Below, in pieces: positions 58,589-64,000 of a stretch of 64,000 bases of DNA. The position numbers and the translations under genes were made by a program. The DNA is taken from the sequence record PQ671645.1, one strand, 5' to 3'. Source of the DNA: Escherichia phage DCP548. The notes under the pieces are model-generated. The model made no database searches and was not told the DNA's origin. It was given only the letters and a program-made list of their open reading frames with translations. Positions within the stretch are counted from its first letter, which is position 1; each line of letters begins with the position of its first letter.

Positions 58589-59335
58589 TTAACCTTTAAT
58601 CAGTTGGAATAATGATGCGCTAAGTGGTAGGCCACGTTTCAATTTTAATTTACCAATGAAACCGATCTTTTCAAAACGTTGCAGACCTTGGATAACTTTA
58701 TCATATGTATCGAAAAGCGATTCAGCATCAGTTAATTTAGTTTTAGTTTTCCAGTCAGAGCCTTTAAGAAGAACGTTGAGTTTAGTAAGTTCATGGCCTT
58801 CTGCTTGATGTGAGCCATTAATGCGTGCTTTCAAAGCAACAATTCTAAGTTTAGATTCGTTAGATAAAGGTTGATTTTTCATCATGTTCGCCATATGCTT
58901 AACACGGTTTTCACGTTTTGCTCGGATTTTTAAAATAGTACCATAAACCTTTTTAATTTGGGCCCATTTCTTCTCGTCGAGATTAAGTTTCTCTACTTTA
59001 CGGGCAGAAGGATTAGCGATACGTCTTGCAATGGCATCACGTTTCTCAATAAGTTCTTCTAATGTTAAATCAGAACGAGCCGTGTTATATTTTTTCTTAA
59101 CTGGGATAACATTACCTTTAATGTAGCCGATATCATTATTAAAACGTTCTAAGGATAATTTCTCACCTTCAACAGAGTTATTGAAAGATTCACCTGAGTA
59201 AGCGCAGACCTTTTGATCAAGAATGTTTTTAAGGTAATTAAAGTCTAAGTTAAAATCCTTAGAGCGTCTCTTCGCAGAAGCTCTGGTGTGGTCAAGACGA
59301 CGATTAATTTTGTTAATTTTATTATTTGATAACAT
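58589..59335 (-). CDS. Hypothetical basic protein at the T4 srd position (Srd-like by position only)
   Basis: 248 aa, Lys/Arg-rich; lies between dda and modA where T4 has srd; no motif-level confirmation. Confidence 0.4.
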   Translation of the reverse strand: MLSNNKINKINRRLDHTRASAKRRSKDFNLDFNYLKNILDQKVCAYSGESFNNSVEGEKLSLERFNNDIGYIKGNVIPVKKKYNTARSDLTLEELIEKRDAIARRIANPSARKVEKLNLDEKKWAQIKKVYGTILKIRAKRENRVKHMANMMKNQPLSNESKLRIVALKARINGSHQAEGHELTKLNVLLKGSDWKTKTKLTDAESLFDTYDKVIQGLQRFEKIGFIGKLKLKRGLPLSASLFQLIKG

Positions 59336-59385
59336 AATATTTTCCTCTGTCTTACGGACGTTAAGGTCATTTAGCTGATAAGCTT

Positions 59386-59414
59386 ATAATATCATGCCCT
59401 CAGGTAGTGTACAC
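59386..59414 (-). promoter_or_regulatory. T4-type early promoter upstream of the srd-position ORF
   Basis: -35 GTGTAC variant (plus 59409-59414), 17-bp spacer, -10 TATTAT. Confidence 0.4.
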
Positions 59415-59488
59415 TCTTTTTTCATAAAATGCTTTAATTTTTTATGTGTTATAATGGTTCTGAGTTCCATCCGGTTATTCCAATTCAG

Positions 59489-60097
59489 TCAGTAACTGAC
59501 AATAGACAGATTCCAGATTGTATAACGTCCATCCTGAATAATAGAATCTACACGCAGTGTAGTCCCTATAGGGAGCATAAATTCACATTCGTCAGATATA
59601 AGTCTAGCATTAGACCGTCTTGTCGCTTCAGGGAAAGCTCCATTGAACTCACAAGATGGCGCAGCCAGAATCATGTTAAGCATATGTTCACGGAAGTTGA
59701 AAGCAAATGGTGCATCTTTGATGCAGAACATATTAAATGTTCCGTAAAAATTATACGAAGCAAAGTTACGTGCTACACCGAACACTGGGCTGAAGCTCAT
59801 TACTCTGTCAAATTTAATAATACTACCAATACCTTTATCATCGAGTGTGGCCATAGTTTTCTTAGAGATTCCACGATACATTGTCTCAGGAACAGAAGAC
59901 GTCCAATTTCTACGAACGATTGAACTTAACTCCTGTTGAATACAGTCTGGCTTGTTTTCCATACACTGCCACAGTACACTTTGTTCAATGTCGCTGAATT
60001 GACTATCAATTTCGTACTGCAATACATCTTGATATTCGGGGTTTTGAGCACGACGAACCATTTCTTCAATTTCACACTCGTTATACGGCATAAACAT
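59489..60097 (-). CDS. modA: ModA-like ADP-ribosyltransferase
   Basis: 202 aa (T4 ModA about 200 aa); ART-like R / S-x-S / E-x-E elements (MYRGISK, SFSPVFG, ECEFML); tandem paralogue of the next gene. Confidence 0.6.
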   Translation of the reverse strand: MFMPYNECEIEEMVRRAQNPEYQDVLQYEIDSQFSDIEQSVLWQCMENKPDCIQQELSSIVRRNWTSSVPETMYRGISKKTMATLDDKGIGSIIKFDRVMSFSPVFGVARNFASYNFYGTFNMFCIKDAPFAFNFREHMLNMILAAPSCEFNGAFPEATRRSNARLISDECEFMLPIGTTLRVDSIIQDGRYTIWNLSIVSY

Positions 60098-60127
60098 TTA
60101 GGTTTCTCCTCACGTTTCGATAAAGTA

Positions 60128-60157
60128 ATCATAACACCGTCTGTGGTGGTTGTAAAC
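60128..60157 (-). promoter_or_regulatory. T4-type early promoter upstream of modA
   Basis: -35 GTTTAC (plus 60152-60157), 18-bp spacer, -10 TATGAT. Confidence 0.4.
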
Positions 60158-60738
60158 TAAAAATTCAACATCTTTAAGTGAATGATTTTGTATACTCGAG
60201 ACAAAGGGTCATACTCTAACTCTTCGATTTCCACAATCTCAAATCTAGAGATACTTGAAACCATGTACTCTTGTTCAGATTCAATCATATCTAGGACATC
60301 AACACGTGTTTCTTCCATAACATGCTTAGGGTTCTTTCCGGCGAGTACAATATTAACCATGTTTTGGTAGTAATCAAAAATGAATGGAGCATTCCTGAGA
60401 CTAAGAATAGTGTACGTCTGATATTCCCATCTCCCAGAGAATTGACGAGCTGTACTGAAATCAGTTGTGAACGATGTTACTCGTCCAGGAGACCAATGGC
60501 ATCCAACAGAAAGAAGGGAAAGACGTTCTACTTCTTCTGGAGTTACACCACGGTAGAGTTCTACTGGTACTGCAGAAGTCATATGCTTACGAACAAGATG
60601 GTCTAATTCATAGTGGAAATCCGGGTCTTCCTTAGAATCGGTGCAAGCCCAGAGAATGTTTTGTTCTTGGTGGGTGAATTTGCTATCAATCAGATTTGTT
60701 AGGTATTCACGTTCTTGAAGTTCAGATTGACATGTCAT
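60157..60738 (-). CDS. modB: ModB-like ADP-ribosyltransferase
   Basis: 193 aa; paralogue of the adjacent gene (LYRGVTP, SFTTDFSTARQF); T4 map position. Confidence 0.6.
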   Translation of the reverse strand: MTCQSELQEREYLTNLIDSKFTHQEQNILWACTDSKEDPDFHYELDHLVRKHMTSAVPVELYRGVTPEEVERLSLLSVGCHWSPGRVTSFTTDFSTARQFSGRWEYQTYTILSLRNAPFIFDYYQNMVNIVLAGKNPKHVMEETRVDVLDMIESEQEYMVSSISRFEIVEIEELEYDPLSRVYKIIHLKMLNF

Positions 60739-60765
60739 GATAGACCTCCATTTAAAGATAAGCCT

Positions 60766-60794
60766 ATCATAACACGAGAGGAGGGAATGTAAAC
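60766..60794 (-). promoter_or_regulatory. T4-type early promoter upstream of modB
   Basis: -35 GTTTAC (plus 60789-60794), 17-bp spacer, -10 TATGAT. Confidence 0.4.
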
Positions 60795-60954
60795 TATTTT
60801 TTAAGCTTTCCTACTAAAGGTCCATCAGGACTAGGTTGTTCTAACATGAATAAGGATGCTTTAAAAAGCAATGTCAACCCTTTCACCATTCGATACCATG
60901 TCTCAAAGTCTTTTTCCTTGATTTCTAGTAAGAATTTCTCTTTCAATTTCTCTT

Positions 60955-61146
60955 TCATTTCCAAGGACTCCATGGTGGAGGGTCGTCATAATAAGATGCA
61001 AGGTCTTTCAGGGCTTCAACAGGTAAACTAAAGCCGTGTCGTTGTATAATACTATCTAGTTCATCAACAAGTTCACTACGATGCACTTTAGGAGCCTCAA
61101 CTTCAGGCTCGTCAAACATACTCATAAGGTCCATATTATTCACCAA
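60955..61146 (-). CDS. Hypothetical small acidic protein
   Basis: 63-aa ORF in the modB-soc interval (T4 has srh/mrh here); not confirmed. Confidence 0.35.
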   Translation of the reverse strand: MVNNMDLMSMFDEPEVEAPKVHRSELVDELDSIIQRHGFSLPVEALKDLASYYDDPPPWSPWK

Positions 61147-61600
61147 GATAAAAACTAGCCGGTTCAGAGAATGTTTCTAGTGCTACACCTTTTGTCTTAA
61201 AAAATTTCCAAATAGCTCGCTGCAAATGGATTAAATCTGCTAATGATGTAATAAAGTATTTTTTGGCAAAGTACTTATGGTCTCGCTTTTCAAACAGGTC
61301 TAAACGCTTTTCAGGATTCACATAAACTGCATTTTCAGTAGATTCATAACCTAAATCCTTTATGCCTTCTTCAAGACTAAACGGAGAATTTTTAGAACGA
61401 GTAATAGCTCCAACTCGCTCTACACGAATTTTGTAACCTTTAGGAATCTGCAATTTGCAGAATTCTTCTACGATATATTGCGGATTATTTAGACTTTTGT
61501 TAATGAGAATAGCTATTTCTAGTGGAGTCTTATCTTCTACTGGTATATGTTTAAACGACTTGGCTTCAAGCAAATACATTTTAAATAACATAGCATCCAT
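61136..61600 (-). CDS. Hypothetical protein
   Basis: 154-aa ORF in the modB-soc interval, roughly the size of T4 Mrh; positional only. Confidence 0.4.
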   Translation of the reverse strand: MDAMLFKMYLLEAKSFKHIPVEDKTPLEIAILINKSLNNPQYIVEEFCKLQIPKGYKIRVERVGAITRSKNSPFSLEEGIKDLGYESTENAVYVNPEKRLDLFEKRDHKYFAKKYFITSLADLIHLQRAIWKFFKTKGVALETFSEPASFYLGE

Positions 61601-61806
61601 TATAATTTCCTCGATGGTTCACCCATATAAAGTTTTACAATACGTTCGCCTTCATCTTCGACGAGCTTTTCTTCATGTTTCTGGAATTCTTTAGCCATAT
61701 TCTCTTCAAGAACATCCAGCCAATCTTCCGGACCGACACCATCGTCCCAGCTTTTAAACCATTTAACTATCTTGTTCATTCGCAGCTCCCTGAGCTTGAA
61801 CCACAA
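61600..61806 (-). CDS. Hypothetical small protein
   Basis: 68-aa ORF; start overlaps the next ORF. Confidence 0.35.
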   Translation of the reverse strand: MWFKLRELRMNKIVKWFKSWDDGVGPEDWLDVLEENMAKEFQKHEEKLVEDEGERIVKLYMGEPSRKL

Positions 61807-61964
61807 TCAGAATAACTTGACCCGGAATCGCCGGACCAGGATGATACGTAAGAATGATTATAACTTGAAGAGCTTGAAGCAGACTTAGGACGAATAACTT
61901 CTTCCATCATGCCGTCACCGATATATTCCCAACTTTTTTCGTGTGTATCAGGAATAGGCATCAT
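61776..61964 (-). CDS. Hypothetical small protein with Ser-rich C-terminal tail
   Basis: Track ORF 61776..62087 trimmed to MMPIPD (start codon 61962-61964) to avoid a 110-nt same-strand overlap; C-terminus SASSSSSYNHSYVSSWSGDSGSSYSDCGSSSGSCE. Confidence 0.3.
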   Translation of the reverse strand: MMPIPDTHEKSWEYIGDGMMEEVIRPKSASSSSSYNHSYVSSWSGDSGSSYSDCGSSSGSCE

Positions 61965-61977
61965 ACCTTCGCCTGGT

Positions 61978-62205
61978 TTAACAGCAAACAACTTCTTCAG
62001 TATCGTAAGCATTAATTGTTCCTCGAACAAAACGAACACCACCGTCATCCCAACGGATTTCGGCATTAAATTTGACGTCTTCACCATCCATCATGAATGA
62101 GTGTACGACTACATCATCGTAATATCCAAGACCGTATTTCAACGAAACTTCTTGAGCAATCAAAGCACCTAATGTGTTATTAGGTTTAATCCAACGATTT
62201 AACAT
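61978..62205 (-). CDS. Hypothetical small protein
   Basis: Track ORF trimmed to Met MLNRW (start codon 62203-62205) preceded by a strong AGGAGA SD. Confidence 0.4.
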   Translation of the reverse strand: MLNRWIKPNNTLGALIAQEVSLKYGLGYYDDVVVHSFMMDGEDVKFNAEIRWDDGGVRFVRGTINAYDTEEVVCC

Positions 62206-62272
62206 ATTATTCTCCTCTTGAGTAAGTAAGAATATCTTAACACAGTTTTTAGTGGTTGTAAACTGTAGAAAC

Positions 62273-62303
62273 AAAAAAAAAAAGGAATCCCGAAGGATTC
62301 CTT
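62273..62303 (-). terminator. Strong intrinsic terminator after soc
   Basis: aaggaatcc-cgaa-ggattcctt (62282-62303) followed on the minus transcript by U11 (plus-strand A-run 62273-62283). Confidence 0.65.
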
Positions 62304-62310
62304 AAATTAT

Positions 62311-62547
62311 TTAACCGCTTACTGGTGTAGGGGTAAACATTGCAGCGTTCTTAGTTTTCCAATCAGCTGCATCAGAAACTACAGTAGAATATGCTGCCTT
62401 TTCTGACGGAAAGATTTGATAATGAGAATCAGCAATCCGATGTTCGTTTGAATAAATCTCAAACGGCACAGAAACTTCCATACCTTTAACTTCTTTACCT
62501 TCACCAGCAGGATGCGTAAAGGTTTTGATGTTTACATAACCACCCAT
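62311..62547 (-). CDS. soc: Small outer capsid protein
   Basis: 78 aa; matches T4 Soc (GYVNIKTF..., HYQIFPSEKAAYSTV); TATAAATA late promoter at 62579-62586; strong terminator downstream. Confidence 0.9.
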   Translation of the reverse strand: MGGYVNIKTFTHPAGEGKEVKGMEVSVPFEIYSNEHRIADSHYQIFPSEKAAYSTVVSDAADWKTKNAAMFTPTPVSG

Positions 62548-62549
62548 AA

Positions 62550-62774
62550 TTAACTCCTTTGTTGTTTAATTACAGGTGTATTTATAATGAATTTCTTCGG
62601 GACAATAAAATATCCGAATTTAGCTAATATAACAACATCACCGTTAATTATTACCGGAGAATAATCATCTGGAGTATTAAATTTCCAGTGGAGTCTAGTA
62701 TTATATCCATCAGAGCCGAATGCTTTATTAGCCGGTCTCCCGGCTTTTTGCCATGCATAAAAATCAAGTTTCAT
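62550..62774 (-). CDS. Hypothetical small protein
   Basis: Track ORF 62550..62870 trimmed to Met MKLDFYAW (start codon 62772-62774); contains the soc late promoter. Confidence 0.35.
   Translation of the reverse strand: MKLDFYAWQKAGRPANKAFGSDGYNTRLHWKFNTPDDYSPVIINGDVVILAKFGYFIVPKKFIINTPVIKQQRS
62579..62586 (-). promoter_or_regulatory. Late promoter TATAAATA for soc
   Basis: Plus-strand tatttata is TATAAATA on the minus strand, about 32 nt upstream of the soc ATG (62547). Confidence 0.65.
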
Positions 62775-62937
62775 TTGCAACCCAATCAACCATATGTAGA
62801 TGGTCTGATAATTGACTAACATGCTGAAGCTGATTAGATAGGAGCTTACAAATAAGCTCACTGTTATCATTTTTAAATAGCTGGTCGATACGTTTCTTGT
62901 GGGCTTTCTTAAGCTGTCGTTTATTTAAACGAGCCAT
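62764..62937 (-). CDS. Small basic protein (57 aa), not in the ORF track
   Basis: ATG shares one nt with the gene 56 stop (TAATG); hand translation MARLNKRQLKKAHKKRIDQLFKNDNSELICKLLSNQLQHVSQLSDHLHMVDWVANET; its stop overlaps the next ATG. Confidence 0.3.
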   Translation of the reverse strand: MARLNKRQLKKAHKKRIDQLFKNDNSELICKLLSNQLQHVSQLSDHLHMVDWVANET

Positions 62938-63473
62938 TAGTAACCTCGGTCTTGGCGGGAGAAGTTTTCAGCATTCTTCAAGTAATACAGTTTAAAGATT
63001 TCTTCAGCAGAAAGACCCAGACCTTGGAACATGTTCAGGACAAAGTGGAGGATATCAATCATCTCGAATTTAATTTCAAGCTGGTCTTCAGGAGACAGTT
63101 CATCGATACGACGATTTCGATATTCAGCATGTTGCGCCTTCCACGGCTTCCATACAGAGCTAGCTGCTTTTTCACCATTGCTCATACCACCAAGTGAAGT
63201 CAACAGTTCACGGAATTCATCATCAATATAATCTTTCTGATTACGCAGCCAGTCAACAACATCACCAGCAGTAGCCAATTCATCAGGATGTTTGTTATGT
63301 TCAGGCTTGTCATTTGCCAGACGAACCTGTAAAGATTTCTGCATATCAAGCATTACCTGCAGAGGGTCTTTATCTTCGTGAATCAGAGCATTAAAATAAG
63401 CTTCTTCTGCTTTATCAACACCAGAAATAAGTTGTGAACATTCGTTAAAGTGCGCCATTATTTTTCCTTTCAA
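62937..63473 (-). CDS. 56: dCTPase/dUTPase gp56
   Basis: 178 aa (T4 gp56 171 aa); close match (MAHFNEC...LQVMLDMQ...ETAGDVV.W...IDDEFRELLTSLG, C-terminal FKLYYLKN.ENF.RQDRGY). Confidence 0.9.
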   Translation of the reverse strand: MKGKIMAHFNECSQLISGVDKAEEAYFNALIHEDKDPLQVMLDMQKSLQVRLANDKPEHNKHPDELATAGDVVDWLRNQKDYIDDEFRELLTSLGGMSNGEKAASSVWKPWKAQHAEYRNRRIDELSPEDQLEIKFEMIDILHFVLNMFQGLGLSAEEIFKLYYLKNAENFSRQDRGY

Positions 63474-63547
63474 TTCAGTATAAGAGAAGTTAATTCTAAC
63501 ATTAATTTTATAAAGCGTAATAAATAATAGGTAACTAAGGAGATATT

Positions 63548-63745
63548 ATGTTTAAACTTCCATCGTTAATCAACGCTATTAAAGGCAATAAAAAGAAAAC
63601 TGCTATCGCTGCAATAGTTGTAGGTGGCATTATTTCATGGAACTTCGGGATTGCACCATTGTTAGTTGCTAATGGTATTATAGTTCCTTCTGTTCCATTG
63701 GATACTGTAGTTGATTTGGCCTTTGCTATTATAGGGCTTGTTTAA
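63548..63745 (+). CDS. Small membrane protein (plus strand)
   Basis: 65-aa ORF with AAGGAG SD 8 nt before the ATG; two predicted hydrophobic segments; divergent from gene 56. Confidence 0.45.
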   Translation: MFKLPSLINAIKGNKKKTAIAAIVVGGIISWNFGIAPLLVANGIIVPSVPLDTVVDLAFAIIGLV

Positions 63746-64000
63746 ATCTTCGAATAACGAGATAATCTCATTTTAGCATGCAACCCACTTGAAATATTCT
63801 GTTTCATATATTCTAAAATTTCTTGTGGTGTTGCATTTTCTTTCATTACCATATCATTCACATCCTTTGATCTCCATGGAGCTCGGTCCCAGAACATGAC
63901 ACGTTCGCCTGCATCAACTAATCGCTTCATGCGAGCTATAGTATCCGGATGCCTAGGTTCATTATCCATTACCCATACCCGACGTTCTTTAAATGGTACC
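63742..64000 (-). CDS. Hypothetical protein, 5' end beyond the window
   Basis: Reading frame stays open upstream of the track's Met through the window edge; identity unknown. Confidence 0.35.
   Translation of the reverse strand, partial: VPFKERRVWVMDNEPRHPDTIARMKRLVDAGERVMFWDRAPWRSKDVNDMVMKENATPQEILEYMKQNISSGLHAKMRLSRYSKI

Overview
This window is a contiguous piece of a T4-like (T-even) myovirus genome, collinear with the phage T4 map from the end of gene 29 to gene 56. Calls rest on reading the ORF translations against remembered T4 protein sequences, gene order and sequence motifs; no database search was run. Gene order: 29(partial)-48-54 on the plus strand; alt, 30 (DNA ligase), a 30.x block, rIII, 31, cd, pseT, spanins, alc, rnlA, denA, nrdB, nrdA, td, frd, 32, 59, 33, dsbA, rnh on the minus strand; the tail-fibre/lysis block 34-35-36-37-38-t on the plus strand; then asiA, motA, 52, ndd, denB, rIIB, rIIA, 39, dexA, dda, modA, modB, soc, 56 on the minus strand. 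Differences from T4 itself: (1) a complete class-I DAHP synthase (AroG-like) is inserted between cd and pseT and translationally coupled to cd; (2) a 366-aa glycosyltransferase-like ORF sits between rIIA and gene 39, where T4 has the gene 60/mobA insertion, and gene 39 is a single uninterrupted 605-aa ORF; (3) td and nrdB are intron-less and no homing-endonuclease ORFs were recognised. Regulatory architecture is T4-like: about 20 early-type promoters (-35 GTTTAC) on the minus strand, several inside dispersed near-identical promoter/stem-loop cassettes; TATAAATA late promoters before 34, 36, t, soc and probably alt; and a family of GC-rich hairpins with UUCG/CGAA tetraloops acting as terminators. 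Several small ORFs below the track threshold look real. No tRNA, rRNA, CRISPR array or transposase was recognised. Start codons of small ORFs are approximate.
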